Source: Polyangia bacterium
Lineage (GTDB): Bacteria > Myxococcota_A > Polyangia > JAAYKL01
Assembly (NCBI GenBank): GCA_050287845.1
Contig: JBNKCR010000098.1
Location: 32,001 to 96,000 of the forward strand
DNA length: 64,000 bases
Reading direction: 5' to 3'
The position numbers were made by a program, and so were the translations under genes. A model generated the notes under the pieces. That model did no database searches and was not told where the DNA came from. It saw nothing but the letters and a program-made list of their open reading frames with translations. Positions 10,801-19,218 of this stretch are shown in pieces (position 1 is the first letter of the stretch; the number at the start of each line of letters is the position of its first letter).

Positions 10801-12304
10801 CCTCCACAAACTGATGCCACTCTATCAGACCACCAAACAGTGGCAGAACGTGGTTGAAACAGTGAATCGCGTCTGTGAGATGGAGGAAAATACCGAGAAG
10901 CTCGCCAGACTGTATTATACCATTGCGGTTATTTTCAGGGACGAAATCAAGAGTGCCGAAGACGCGGTTGAATATTTCAACAAATCCCTGGATGCCAGCA
11001 CTGAAAATCTCAAGGCGTTTGAAGCAATCGATAGGATTCTGACGCAGAAAAAGAGTTGGAAAGAGCTGGAACGCAATTATCGAAAGATGATTCATCGGAT
11101 TTCGGGCAAGGGTATGAAGGATGTTGAGATCAATCTCTGGCATTTCCTCGGAGAAATTTACAGAACGCGTATGGGACAGTTTGAAGCTTCGGCGGAAGCG
11201 TTCAAGATGGCATCCACCCTCGATCCCGAGAATGTGCTGCGTCACGAGATTCTGGCGGAACTGTATTCCCGTATGGATAACCGGTTGGAAGACGCTGTAA
11301 ATGAGCATATGGCCCTGATTGCCCAGAAACCGTACAAGGTCGATTCCTACAAGGCGTTGCGCAGACTGTATTTTGAGCATCGGCAGTACGACAAAGCATG
11401 GTGTCTGTGTGCCACGTTGGCGTTCCTGAAGAAAGCGGACGTGGAAGAACAACAGTTTTTCGATCAATATCGCACACGCGGTACAGTTCGCGCGCAGGCG
11501 CGGCTCGACAACGAACGCTGGGTGAAGGATCTGTTTCATTCGGACGAGTCGATATATATCGGCAAGATTTTCGAGTACGTCACCAATGCAGTGCGTTCGT
11601 TCAAGGTTCTGCCAATCAAGAATTATGGTTTGAAGAAAGGGCAGCGTCGTCCGGTGAATGATACGCTGACATTCTCCAAAACATTCTTTTATGCGGCACA
11701 GGTAATCAATCTTCCGGTAATTCCTGAACTGTATTTACAGGAAGATACCGCAGGCGGATTGAACTTTGCGATTACCGAGCCTGTTGCGTCCGCATGCGGA
11801 TCTACCCTGGCATCCGGATTTCAGCCCAATGAGTTGCTGTTCCTTGTTACCAAGCACCTGACGTACTATCGACCGGAGCATTACATCCGGTGGATATTGC
11901 CGTCACATACTGAGCTGAAGGCGTTGATGCTGGCCGCTATCAAGCTTGGTAGTCCTCAGGCGAAGATTCCGGACGATCCCGGTTTGACCGCATTGATGAA
12001 GCAGTTGAGCAATGCAATGAGTCCCATGGAAGTCGAAGGGCTGAGAAAAGTCGTCAGCAAGTTCCTCAAATCCGGCGAGCAGGCTGATTTGAAAAAATGG
12101 ATTCGAAGTCTTGAACTCACTGCCTGTCGTGCAGGATTCCTGCTGTGCAATGATCTGGAAACGGCAGCACGTATGATTCAGTCTGATTCAAGCTCTGTTG
12201 ACGACATTCCCCAGACGGATAAAATCAAGGAATTGGTTCTGTTCAGTGTATCCCCAGAATATTTCAGATTGCGGGAAGCATTGGGAATCGTTATCGGCGC
12301 ATAG
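1844..12304 (+). CDS. Giant (3486 aa) TPR-repeat protein, AgmK/GltI-like myxobacterial family
   Basis: Dozens of degenerate repeats (YxxILExDPxNxxAxxALERxY..ExWxxL). Non-repetitive C-terminal domain (LTACRAGFLLCNDL...LVLFSVSPEYFRLREALG). No signal peptide. Confidence 0.8.
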   Translation: MTNNSGTENNTQVDVTEEEMEQLEDVSEAGQVDYSELDNIEASREVSSELQAAISAASAAEEEGVEQGIKAWQTEAWNADPGHPLVLEALERLYTENGKWSSLADFLKRMGRKVENRLKFVSTHMLLARIYDEQLNQDAMVVTTYQGILKKVPGYLPVLDAAIEKYESMERWPDLVKLLKVKGDSVVEREEQVEIWLRVANLFMNQFSNQAEAIKAFEKVLEADSEHPEAIDFLKEMYEKRRDWKKLIDMMELQAASLDDGSEKADALVEIARLAAERLKKPEICIARWEAVLEQDPENSEALNDLANFYERAREWEKLADVLESKVLLTADSAEQKDIYQKLSVVYGDKVNDDAKAIDVLKSLLEIDPEDRRAQEQLKKRYLALQAWEDLEMFYAETDKWDEFIRVLEREAGREELEVEAKVGLYFKIAELQRKKKERVDKAAAAYEEILKLDSSNLTAAEALIPIYEEAGNQPDRLAAVLEVELSHLADPEDAQALLQRISHLYEDEVGDADKAFAGFLQAFKDQPTDETCQEDLERTAGKAGRWEDVLAVYEKAYKKATGDSRIDLRIRMARVMNEELGRSEEALKHFDAILEEDPKNAKAVYALERIFAQMGRFEELLEIYARRIEMAEDDEERKEIFYNQALLWEEEIEDTGKAIDVYIKIIDMAGDELRSLAALDRLYARDENWEKVAETIERELAIGLDQVEDEIELKYRLGMVSSGHLNDSTRALECFREVLQVNPEHENAITALEAMLGDTEYQGDAAEILAPLYEGNAQWEQLVKATEILVATSDDAGEKYDLLMKIGGICGQQLESSEMAFDAYSRAFAVNPDYPDALEQMEAIAAMVDNWQAVVEIIASGANTTEDAENRKVLWLKAAQIYDTQLDSSESAVNAYRNTLKAEPQCGEAIEALENIYSREEKWNDLVEVLAIKVDAISDATEKLNIYRSMARIYEEMLENPEFSVRCMLEILNIDSANMDALQTLDRLFVVLEKWTDLADNLQQQLGLEAQPDRIIELKLRLAALRENQLDEISAAVDIYREVLEMDPLCDAAIEALERILDNPEFKSDVAEILEPLYRDRGDWQKLVAAIEIMIEAEETVGRRVELLHEISNLYENVGDDPDKAFETLGRALQEDPELTQTQDELERMARFLDAYDKLAEMYAAQVDVLEDPDVKAAYHLKIAGIFEDQLQDVERAVSHYREVLALDPMYIEAATALERAYQLNEDYESLANVYLKKAEMVDDVFEQKELLFKASQIYEEVLDNVDLAIDVYQRILEIDSDELRAINQLEGLFLRLERWDDLQSIYNQKVDLVSMPEEKKEVLYVLGAVYENELKDAARAITTYQRILEFDPDDFQSISRLDMLYSNAEEWEELLSILEREVELVDDPDEAVSFKYRIAELYVRQLDDVSRAIDYLKDILTISPDHDPATALLEELVQGDVEPMLAADVLEPLYQDLSEWWKLIGLIEVRLKHTEDEWQQVELLHRAAELLESDLHLDSPAEAFEMYARALRVEPANETTLTQLDSLAHTTGKWMDFAKILDEQIAHLEEDDSKVLLGLKVAAIYELKLDNGKEAISRYQQVLSVDGENREAVMSLDKLYQIGENWSELAAILQKETLLMDDPLDGLDVQFRLGQIYQQELEEVEKAVGVYREILSAEPGYDAAISALEFLFTEGHMRGEIVDILEPLLQMQGEWSKLVSLYERQLDVIEELEDRVSMYHRIAETVEEKLLDTVEAFNWYCRAFAEDPFDERSAIDVERLAAATESWSELADVYEELFGRYDDEQAKKLVAKKAARVSEEELQDSGRAERAYRACLELGDEDIDVLRALDRIYSQNMEWENLVSILDKISRVEDSIDEQVAYIFRRADVLETQLDEIEKARTAFHLIIDDLDAGHSDSLARLETIYANLEDWDSLYKIYEKMKDCATNEADQADLYAKMATLAAECLDNIPRAIELWEAVLDTLGEDTNALESLGDLYARQENWDELVEVLERAVSIADDDDARVRIYSQLGMVWGECLDRDRTALENWQNVLSIEPDNIRALQAIAGIYESNKEWEDLIESLERVIEIGVTVFEAEEIKSYYAKLGKILAEIVERPFDAIDAWRRSMDIDPSDLNTLESLEALYKQEEQWSELVDILGRKAELLEGDVQVETLLEQASIMEDSLMQPLAAKEPYMRILSVTPMHDRAFERTAEILTEEEAYDDLIQLYSARLEQTVDADEQIVLLHKAAVIYEENLDQAENAFLVMQRAFEIDYSNDATGDHLERLASETGKWQELLGGCNQILAATGDTKIQIDLCLKIGKWYSAIGNPEYAIQYYQQVLTLDANNVPALRLMGELYRGAKQWNELVEVLRKAVSCEDNPDKKKIILVDLGEIYLEYMKDMPDARRVYKEALEIDPALEPALLALERLFKSTENWEELIPILRRKISVLDETETESIIRTRQRIAEIYEENLNELTRATEEYRANLDIDSGHIPSLKGLERLYEKRELWQDLVDVLEIQLDYAVTEGERIELLLRLAEMLEKEFRKPEKAIERLEEVVNIDPTEIRALKALERLYRIVQKWDELVDILEKQVDVTHERVDRVPIFESMGKVFSHELKDIDRAMDAYTQILDIDPENIDALDNLAKIQVKAEDWVSAHDTLNRLANTVEDEARQVDLYFRLGELNEAQLMDRGAAVEHFHSALDIDPGHLETLAALCAIHIDEGEWLAACETLEAQQEHTENRRQKSRLQYQLGELYRDKLNDDESGIAWFEKALESNADNQDAAEPLVDVYIEAGRYDDAERLLDMLVRLGSKRPAEEMQPLQTKLGRVADKLGNLDKALKAYQVAYDFDTQNLSALLNLADCLYRSEQWDKAFKLYQMVLVHHRDDRSKDEIVDIFYRLGNIKAQVKERRKALNMFDKALEIDSGHVPTLEAVIQLQEEQKNFEQVIHFKKILIDSVDSPEKQFSLYEEVGDIWQSKLKNPQKAISAYEEACHIDPDNRPILHKLMPLYQTTKQWQNVVETVNRVCEMEENTEKLARLYYTIAVIFRDEIKSAEDAVEYFNKSLDASTENLKAFEAIDRILTQKKSWKELERNYRKMIHRISGKGMKDVEINLWHFLGEIYRTRMGQFEASAEAFKMASTLDPENVLRHEILAELYSRMDNRLEDAVNEHMALIAQKPYKVDSYKALRRLYFEHRQYDKAWCLCATLAFLKKADVEEQQFFDQYRTRGTVRAQARLDNERWVKDLFHSDESIYIGKIFEYVTNAVRSFKVLPIKNYGLKKGQRRPVNDTLTFSKTFFYAAQVINLPVIPELYLQEDTAGGLNFAITEPVASACGSTLASGFQPNELLFLVTKHLTYYRPEHYIRWILPSHTELKALMLAAIKLGSPQAKIPDDPGLTALMKQLSNAMSPMEVEGLRKVVSKFLKSGEQADLKKWIRSLELTACRAGFLLCNDLETAARMIQSDSSSVDDIPQTDKIKELVLFSVSPEYFRLREALGIVIGA

Positions 12305-12330
12305 AAAACGACTTGAACAATGAAATACTG

Positions 12331-12362
12331 ACCCCGAAGGGTTTATATCCTTTCGGGGTTTT
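12331..12362 (+). terminator. Rho-independent terminator after the giant TPR gene
   Basis: CCCCGAAGGG / CCTTTCGGGG stem followed by a T-run. Confidence 0.75.
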
Positions 12363-12409
12363 GTATTTGCGATGTTCTGAGAACTGTTGGACAGGGAGCA
12401 GCTTTATTT

Positions 12410-13831
12410 ATGACAGATGTGAAAACCATAAAGGTGGACCTCGTGGTACTGGGAGGCGGCCCCGGTGGATATACCGCAGCGTTTCGCGCAGCGGACCTCG
12501 GGTTGAAGACCGTCATTGTCGAGAGATATAACGTGTTGGGCGGTGTCTGCCTGAACGTGGGGTGTGTACCATCCAAAGCCCTGTTGCACGCAACATCTCT
12601 GGTGGACAGCGTACATCAGTTCCATGAAAAGAGCATTTTCGACAACATCGTTTCGGTGAATGTGGATGGTCTGAGATCGTGGAAGGACAATGTGGTCCAG
12701 ACGCTCAACAGTGGACTCGCGGTATTGGCCAAAAAGCGCGGGATAGAGATTGTTTTCGGTGTGGGCAGGTTTCGTGCGACCAACGAGTTGATGGTGGATG
12801 CCGCCGGACAGTTGGTTAATATTCAATTCACGAGCGCCATCATTGCAACCGGCTCACATTCGATTCAACTGCCGGATGTCCCCGCGAATGATGCTGTCTG
12901 GAATTCAACTGACGCACTTCAGCTTCCTACTGTACCGAACCGGCTGCTGGTGGTTGGTGGCGGTGTAATCGGTCTTGAAATGGCAACGGTGTATCAGCGA
13001 CTGGGGAGCCAGGTAACGGTCGTGGAGTTGTCTGACACCATTCTTCCAGGAATAGATAAAAGCACCGTCCGACCACTTCTCTCTGCTCTGAAAAAGAAAT
13101 GCACCATGCACTTGTCCAGTAAGGTCACCCATGTTGTGCGAAACGGGAATACGCTGCGTGTGACAGTGGAAGGCCGCCGAGGAGCCATTGAATTGGATGT
13201 GGATGCCATGCTGATTGCCGTTGGACGCAGACCCAACACGACAGATATTGGACTGGAGAAAATGGGCGTCTCGCTGAACGGACAGGGATTCATACCGGTG
13301 GATGTGATGCAAAGAACAAATTTGCCACATGTGTTCGCCATTGGAGATGTGACGCCGGGACCGATGCTGGCGCATCGCGCATCCGCCGAAGGCAGAGTTG
13401 CGGCAGAAGTCGCTTCGGGAATGGCTTCCAGACGGTTGTACGCGGCGATTCCCCAGGTGGCATATACGAGTCCGGAAGTGGCGACGGTGGGGATGAGCGA
13501 GAAACAGGCTGAAGAATCCGGGGTGGAGATTGATACCGGTAAATTTCCCTTTGCGGCAAATGCCCGGGCGATGACGCTGGATGAAGCGGTGGGATTTGTG
13601 AAAATCATTTTTGAGAAGCGTTCGGGGGTGGTTGTCGGTGCGGAGGTGGTTGGTCCCAACGCGGGCGAATTGATCGTGGAGGCGACACTGGCGGTGCAGA
13701 ACAGGATGACCGTTCATCAACTGACCCAGACTGTGCATCCGCATCCGGGGCTTTCTGAGAGCGTGGTGATGGCAGCCGAAGTCTTTGAAGGTACTGTGAC
13801 CGATCTGTTTATTCCGCGAAAGGTCCGATAA
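12410..13831 (+). CDS. lpdA: Dihydrolipoyl dehydrogenase (E3)
   Basis: GGGPGGY FAD motif, redox GGVCLNVGCVPSK, GGGVIG NAD motif, C-terminal HPHPGLSE. Confidence 0.92.
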   Translation: MTDVKTIKVDLVVLGGGPGGYTAAFRAADLGLKTVIVERYNVLGGVCLNVGCVPSKALLHATSLVDSVHQFHEKSIFDNIVSVNVDGLRSWKDNVVQTLNSGLAVLAKKRGIEIVFGVGRFRATNELMVDAAGQLVNIQFTSAIIATGSHSIQLPDVPANDAVWNSTDALQLPTVPNRLLVVGGGVIGLEMATVYQRLGSQVTVVELSDTILPGIDKSTVRPLLSALKKKCTMHLSSKVTHVVRNGNTLRVTVEGRRGAIELDVDAMLIAVGRRPNTTDIGLEKMGVSLNGQGFIPVDVMQRTNLPHVFAIGDVTPGPMLAHRASAEGRVAAEVASGMASRRLYAAIPQVAYTSPEVATVGMSEKQAEESGVEIDTGKFPFAANARAMTLDEAVGFVKIIFEKRSGVVVGAEVVGPNAGELIVEATLAVQNRMTVHQLTQTVHPHPGLSESVVMAAEVFEGTVTDLFIPRKVR

Positions 13832-13861
13832 TCAATCCGTTGTCAGAGCATATCGTCGGTT

Positions 13862-13886
13862 TGGAAGACGGCGGGAATCGAACCCG
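13862..13886 (-). other. Isolated tRNA/tmRNA-like 3' fragment (T-arm plus acceptor strand)
   Basis: Minus strand reads CGGGTTCGATTCCCGCCGTCTTCCA. No complete cloverleaf upstream. Confidence 0.45.
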
Positions 13887-13903
13887 GAATCCGCTTCGAT
13901 TTA

Positions 13904-14401
13904 CTACGGACACCCTTCCGGTTTTTTATCCGCGACGATGACGTATGTATGGTCAATATCCACATCAACGCCCCACTGGTCGTGAAACTGTTTTTTCATG
14001 GACAACTGCAGGGGTCTCTCAAGATACTTCCAGAGCAGCATTGTGCCGGTAAACTCCGATTTTAAAGTTGGTTTTTCACCGACTCCGAGCGAGGCCATAT
14101 AGAAGAGCCGGCCTTTGGCCCCCATGATTTTGGTAGCATAGTAAATCTGTCCGGTCTTCATATCCTTCCACACCAGTGTTTTGGGGTTTGACAGCCCCTG
14201 GACTGTGGCAAACTGATTGTTTGGCAATGGTTTTTCCACGGCATCGGATGCTTCTCCCAGATCAATCAATTCGCACATATGATCGTGGACCGGAGGCGCT
14301 GGAGATAGCTGTTCCTGTTCGTCCCTGTCTTTTCCACTACATCCGATAAAAATGAGTAAAAACGCAAAAGAAATAAAAAGAAACGGTAGAATTTTCGGCA
14401 T
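13904..14401 (-). CDS. Hypothetical lipoprotein
   Basis: Hydrophobic signal ending FIG-C lipobox; fills the gap between lpdA and rho. Confidence 0.7.
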   Translation of the reverse strand: MPKILPFLFISFAFLLIFIGCSGKDRDEQEQLSPAPPVHDHMCELIDLGEASDAVEKPLPNNQFATVQGLSNPKTLVWKDMKTGQIYYATKIMGAKGRLFYMASLGVGEKPTLKSEFTGTMLLWKYLERPLQLSMKKQFHDQWGVDVDIDHTYVIVADKKPEGCP

Positions 14402-14446
14402 TTGCTGACCCCTTCGAAAATTTGTAATTAATTAGGATTTTAATTC

Positions 14447-14475
14447 TTGACAACATATTATCCAGGAATTAGAAA
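14447..14475 (+). promoter_or_regulatory. Putative sigma70 promoter of the rho operon
   Basis: TTGACA-17 nt-TAGAAA, about 170 nt upstream of the rho ATG. Confidence 0.45.
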
Positions 14476-14647
14476 ACTGTTCAAACTTTTTCACACCGGT
14501 TGCTTATTACCAAGACAACATACAAACATAACTGAAGCAGCCCGTAACACATTTACAAACGTTAAGGACATCCGTTCATAAATAACTGTCAATCCAACAT
14601 CGCAATTAAGCGATCACACTAAAAAAACATAAAACGAGAGGAAACAA

Positions 14648-15898
14648 ATGCATCTTAGGGATCTGAAGAACAAACCCGTCTCAGAGTTGGCGCAAATGGC
14701 TACGGAACTGGGCATTGACGGCGTTGCCGGCATGCGGAAACAGGAGCTGATTTTTCAGCTGCTACAGACTGAATCAGAGCGAGATGGTTCAATTACCGGA
14801 GAGGGCGTATTGGAAGTGTTGCCGGATGGTTTCGGTTTTCTCCGTGCTCCTGATTACAACTATCTGCCGGGTCCGGATGACATCTATGTTTCTCCTTCGC
14901 AAATCAGAAGATTTACGCTTCGCACCGGGGACATCGTTTCGGGTAATATCCGTCCGCCGAAAGAGTCTGAGCGCTATTTCGCGTTGTTAAAAGTTGAAAA
15001 AATTAACGGTGAGCCGCCAGAAGTGGCACAGACCAAAATTCTGTTCGACAACTTGACGCCGCTTTATCCGGACACACGCTTTCAGTTGGAAACACCTGAG
15101 ACTCCCAATGATTCCACAAGAATTATTGATTTGCTGTGTCCCATCGGAAAAGGTCAGCGTTGTCTGATTGTTTCTCCCCCCCGCGCCGGTAAAACCGTAC
15201 TTCTCCAGCAGATAGCCAATGCCATCTCTGCGAATCATCCTGACGCAAAGTTGCATGTACTGCTCATTGATGAGCGTCCTGAAGAGGTAACTGACATGGC
15301 ACGGAATGTGGACGGCGAAGTCGTCAGCTCCACATTTGACGAACCGGCGCAGCGCCACGTGCAGGTTGCAGAAATGGTGATTGAAAAAGCCAAACGACTC
15401 GTTGAGCACAACGAGGACGTGGTAATTCTACTCGACTCCATCACTCGTCTGGCACGTGCGTATAACACAGTCGTTCCGCCCTCCGGAAAAATCCTTTCCG
15501 GTGGTGTGGACTCCAACGCACTTCATAAACCGAAGAGATTTTTCGGCGCAGCGAGAAACATTGAGGGCGGCGGAAGTCTGACCATTATCGCAACGGCTCT
15601 GGTAGATACCGGGTCCCGAATGGATGAGGTTATTTTCGAAGAGTTCAAAGGCACGGGTAACAGCGAAATTCATCTGGATCGCAAATTGATGGAAAAGCGT
15701 ATTTTCCCCTGCATGGACATCAATCGCTCTTCGACACGTAAAGAGGAATTATTGCTTGAAGAATTCATCCTTCAGCGTGTATGGTTGCTGCGGCAATTGC
15801 TCCACCCACTGAATGTGATTGATTCTATGGAGTTTTTGTTGGATAAGTTGCGTCGAACCTCGACCAACCAGGAATTCCTGGAGTCGATGAATCAATAA
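14648..15898 (+). CDS. rho: Transcription termination factor Rho
   Basis: [20 protein letters not shown]-loop [26 protein letters not shown]. Confidence 0.98.
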   Translation: MHLRDLKNKPVSELAQMATELGIDGVAGMRKQELIFQLLQTESERDGSITGEGVLEVLPDGFGFLRAPDYNYLPGPDDIYVSPSQIRRFTLRTGDIVSGNIRPPKESERYFALLKVEKINGEPPEVAQTKILFDNLTPLYPDTRFQLETPETPNDSTRIIDLLCPIGKGQRCLIVSPPRAGKTVLLQQIANAISANHPDAKLHVLLIDERPEEVTDMARNVDGEVVSSTFDEPAQRHVQVAEMVIEKAKRLVEHNEDVVILLDSITRLARAYNTVVPPSGKILSGGVDSNALHKPKRFFGAARNIEGGGSLTIIATALVDTGSRMDEVIFEEFKGTGNSEIHLDRKLMEKRIFPCMDINRSSTRKEELLLEEFILQRVWLLRQLLHPLNVIDSMEFLLDKLRRTSTNQEFLESMNQ

Positions 15899-15907
15899 TC
15901 AGAAGCA

Positions 15908-15950
15908 GGCACCAAATCGCCGGGCTACAAATATGCGTCCGGTGGGTGCC
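15908..15950 (+). promoter_or_regulatory. Stem-loop immediately 5' of the rpmE RBS (candidate leader RNA)
   Basis: GGCACC/GGTGCC and CGCCGGGC/GTCCGGTG stems with an AAAT bulge. No U-tract. Confidence 0.45.
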
Positions 15951-15963
15951 ATAGAGGTAGAAT

Positions 15964-16185
15964 ATGAGAGAAGGAATACATCCGAATTACAAAGAGGTAA
16001 CGGTTACCTGTGCATGTGGTGCCACAATTCAGACCCGCTCCACAAAAGCGGAAGATTTCGCCGTTGAGATCTGTTCTGAATGTCATCCATTTTTTACCGG
16101 TAAACAGAAATTGGTTGACTCCGCCGGACGTATCGAACGTTTCCGTAGAAAATACGGAGATAACGCAACCAAACTCGGTAAATAA
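15964..16185 (+). CDS. rpmE: 50S ribosomal protein L31 (Zn-binding type)
   Basis: [32 protein letters not shown]. Confidence 0.97.
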   Translation: MREGIHPNYKEVTVTCACGATIQTRSTKAEDFAVEICSECHPFFTGKQKLVDSAGRIERFRRKYGDNATKLGK

Positions 16186-16289
16186 TCCCCATTTTTGTTC
16201 TGTTTGGTTATATTAAATCCTGTCGTTGTTGGTTTTCGTTTTTAAGAGCGTGCTCGGCGTTCGATTTGGACGAACGATATGGAGTAATG

Positions 16290-17354
16290 ATGAATAATTC
16301 TGTACCAGTAGGCGGACAAGCGGTAATCGAAGGCGTTATGATGCGGTCCCCGAACAGTTTGGCTGTTGCCGTTCGCAGACCTGATAAGGAAATTGTAATC
16401 AAAGAAGCGGTATGGCGTTCCATCTGGAATAAATTTAAATTTCTCAGATGGCCCTTTTTCCGTGGAACTGTTGTGATGATCGAAGCCATGATCAATGGCA
16501 TTCAGGCCCTGAACTTCTCTGCAAAGGAAGCAATGCCCCCTGAAGAAGATGAGCAGACGTCCATCCGTGAGGGCGCAGATGGCAAGACTTCCAAAGAGAG
16601 CGACTGGTTGCTCATGGCGCTGCCAATGATGCTGAGTATCGTGGTGGCCATCGGGTTGTTTAAATTTGTACCGCACATGGCAGCCACATACGCCGGTAAA
16701 CTGTTTACCGGTAGTGCGTGGACGGTTGATGATTTAAGCTACCATTTTGTTGATGGGGCCGTAAAAGTGGTGCTGTTTGTCGCGTATGTGGCAGGAATCA
16801 GCATGCTTAAAGATATTCGCCGCGTGTTCATGTACCACGGTGCAGAACACAAAGCCATATATACCTATGAGGCAGGGGAACCGCTTATCGTGGAAAATGC
16901 CCGGACGAAAACACGGTTGCATCCCCGCTGTGGCACATCATTTCTGATGGTTGTTATTCTTGTGTTTATCGTTGTTTCCGCAATCATTCTGCCGTTCCTG
17001 CCGGAATGGATAAAGCCGGGAGAGGGAAAACCGTTTTACAATCATTTGCTGCTGGTTCTGGCAAAGTTGCCGCTGCTGATTCCAGTGGCTGGGATTTCGT
17101 ACGAGTTCAACCGCTTTGCGGGAAAACACTGCAATTTTGCTTTGATTAAACCACTGATGTGGCCCGGGCTCGCCATGCAGCTGATTACAACAAAAGAGCC
17201 TACCGATGATCAGTTGGAAATCGCGCTGGCGGCTCTGCGCACCTCTCTCTGGCGGGAACGTGTCGGTCACTCGGATGAAACAGTGAGCGAGGAACTGCTG
17301 GTATTCTCCGACTTCCAGGCATTCGAAAGCGCATCCGCCAATTTACGCGCATAA
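16290..17354 (+). CDS. DUF1385 family membrane protein
   Basis: GGQAVIEGVMMR, YHGAEHK, HPRCGTSF, TTKEP. Usual rpmE-prfA context. Start placed after a GGAG RBS. Confidence 0.9.
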   Translation: MNNSVPVGGQAVIEGVMMRSPNSLAVAVRRPDKEIVIKEAVWRSIWNKFKFLRWPFFRGTVVMIEAMINGIQALNFSAKEAMPPEEDEQTSIREGADGKTSKESDWLLMALPMMLSIVVAIGLFKFVPHMAATYAGKLFTGSAWTVDDLSYHFVDGAVKVVLFVAYVAGISMLKDIRRVFMYHGAEHKAIYTYEAGEPLIVENARTKTRLHPRCGTSFLMVVILVFIVVSAIILPFLPEWIKPGEGKPFYNHLLLVLAKLPLLIPVAGISYEFNRFAGKHCNFALIKPLMWPGLAMQLITTKEPTDDQLEIALAALRTSLWRERVGHSDETVSEELLVFSDFQAFESASANLRA

Positions 17355-17381
17355 CTTCAGAATTTATATAGGTTTGGTTGT

Positions 17382-18458
17382 ATGTTTTTTGACAAGCTGG
17401 CTAGAGTAGAAGAGCGATTTGAAGAAATCGAACAGAAATTATGCGACCCGGAGATTATCTCTGATCGGTCAATGTTTACCCGGTTGTCGAGAGAGCGTGC
17501 TGAGATTGAAGATATTGTTCCGGTGTTTCGAAAGTACAAGAAAGTGCTTTCTGATTTGGAGGAATGCAAAGAGTCTCTGGACGCCGACGATGCCGAACTG
17601 GAAGAGCTGGCTCGCCTTGAACTACCCGAACTGAATGAGAAAAAGCAGGAACTTGAAAACGAACTTCAGATTCTACTTCTGCCGAAAGATCCCAACGATG
17701 CAAAGAATATTATTCTGGAGGTGCGCGCCGGCACCGGCGGTGATGAAGCAGCGCTTTTTGCTGCGGACCTGTTCAGAATGTATTCACGCTTTTCTGAGAT
17801 CAAGGGGTGGAAGGTCGAGATTATGAGTTCGTCCGCGACGGATGCCGGCGGGTTCAAGGAAGTGATTGCGTCCATTGCCGGCAAGCAGGTTTTTTCTACA
17901 CTGAAGTACGAAAGCGGCGTTCACAGAGTGCAGCGGGTTCCCGTCACCGAGAGTCAGGGGCGGGTCCATACTTCGGCGTGCACTGTTGCTGTACTGCCCG
18001 AAGCTGAAGAAGTTGAATTGGAAATCAGTGATAAGGAGTTGCGAATTGACGTGATGCGCGCTGGTGGTCCCGGAGGCCAGAGCGTGAACACTACGGATTC
18101 CGCTGTCCGTATCACACATATTCCAACCGGAATGATTGTGATTTGCCAGGATGAAAAATCGCAGCATAAAAATAAGGCCAAAGCAATGACAGTATTGCGC
18201 GCGCGGCTGTTCGATAAACTGCAGTCCGAGGCGGATGCAGAACGCGCGGCCAACCGGAGAAATCAGGTGGGTAGCGGTGATCGCAGTCAGCGTATCAGAA
18301 CATACAATTTTCCCCAGGGACGTATTACGGACCATCGCGCGGGATTGACGGTTCATAAACTCGATGCCATTTTAGAAGGTGAGCTTGCTGGGTTTCTGGA
18401 TTCCGTTGCAGCATACTTCCAGGCAGAAGCGCTCCGCGAACATAGCGAACAAACCTGA
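17382..18458 (+). CDS. prfA: Peptide chain release factor 1
   Basis: GGQ motif, RF1-specific PVT ([10 protein letters not shown]), [14 protein letters not shown]. Confidence 0.97.
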   Translation: MFFDKLARVEERFEEIEQKLCDPEIISDRSMFTRLSRERAEIEDIVPVFRKYKKVLSDLEECKESLDADDAELEELARLELPELNEKKQELENELQILLLPKDPNDAKNIILEVRAGTGGDEAALFAADLFRMYSRFSEIKGWKVEIMSSSATDAGGFKEVIASIAGKQVFSTLKYESGVHRVQRVPVTESQGRVHTSACTVAVLPEAEEVELEISDKELRIDVMRAGGPGGQSVNTTDSAVRITHIPTGMIVICQDEKSQHKNKAKAMTVLRARLFDKLQSEADAERAANRRNQVGSGDRSQRIRTYNFPQGRITDHRAGLTVHKLDAILEGELAGFLDSVAAYFQAEALREHSEQT

Positions 18459-18635
18459 TATTCACCACTCCATCAGTAAAAAATGTGTGATGGCATGCGG
18501 AGATGAACTTCGCCGTGGTTTGCTCATATTTGGGGAATGACTCGAATTATTTGAAGTGATCTGTTGCGTACCGGTGTTTCCGTCGCCCGCTGCGATTTCT
18601 TGCAATGGAATCTGGTGGAATGCTGGGTTTCGGAC

Positions 18636-18824
18636 TCAGGCGCGGTCGTAGAAGATGATGATGGACAGACAGTGGAACTCGCTGTCGGAGCTCTGCTTCA
18701 CTTCTGTGGAATTTATTTTGATCCCCGGATTCTCATCAATCCACCGTGTTATTTCCTCACCAAGTTCGCTACGCTCTCTCGCTTTGGTAGCGGAAAAAAC
18801 TTTAATTGCGTTGTACTGTGCCAT
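18636..18824 (-). CDS. Small conserved hypothetical protein (myxobacterial-type, 62 aa)
   Basis: KVFSATKARER..LGEEITRWI...QSSDSEFHCLSIIIFY pattern recognised from Myxococcota hypotheticals; AGGAAAGGA RBS. Confidence 0.75.
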   Translation of the reverse strand: MAQYNAIKVFSATKARERSELGEEITRWIDENPGIKINSTEVKQSSDSEFHCLSIIIFYDRA

Positions 18825-19218
18825 TTCCGACGTCCTTTCCTAACTGATGACTCCATTGTCATAGAAACAGCTCTTATTTAATTTCTATCTGACGAAAATG
18901 CAATGAAAAAGAAAATGAAAAAGAAGTTGTATTTTTGTTTGTGTAGTTGTTGAAATGACTGTGATTTGAATACGTGCCAGCTCCCACTGAAATTGCTGAA
19001 TTGTAGTACGAATAGCGGAATCCTCACTACTGATACATCATGCAGCATCGCGAATCCGCATAGCACAGGGTCATATTTGAGCAACGGTATTTGCGAAGAT
19101 CTGATGCGGCATTGGTGTGGCTCTGGTGAGAGTTGGAACGTTGAATTTGCAGAAGAGGAAATGATGCCTCTCCTGGCAATGGCGCGATTAACTGAATCAG
19201 CGAAACGAAAGGACTCTT

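Noticed and set aside
10121..11539. 472-aa antisense ORF inside the giant TPR gene (and many similar shadow ORFs)
   Set aside because: It fully overlaps a coherent gene on the opposite strand and has no motifs. Such ORFs are expected from codon bias.
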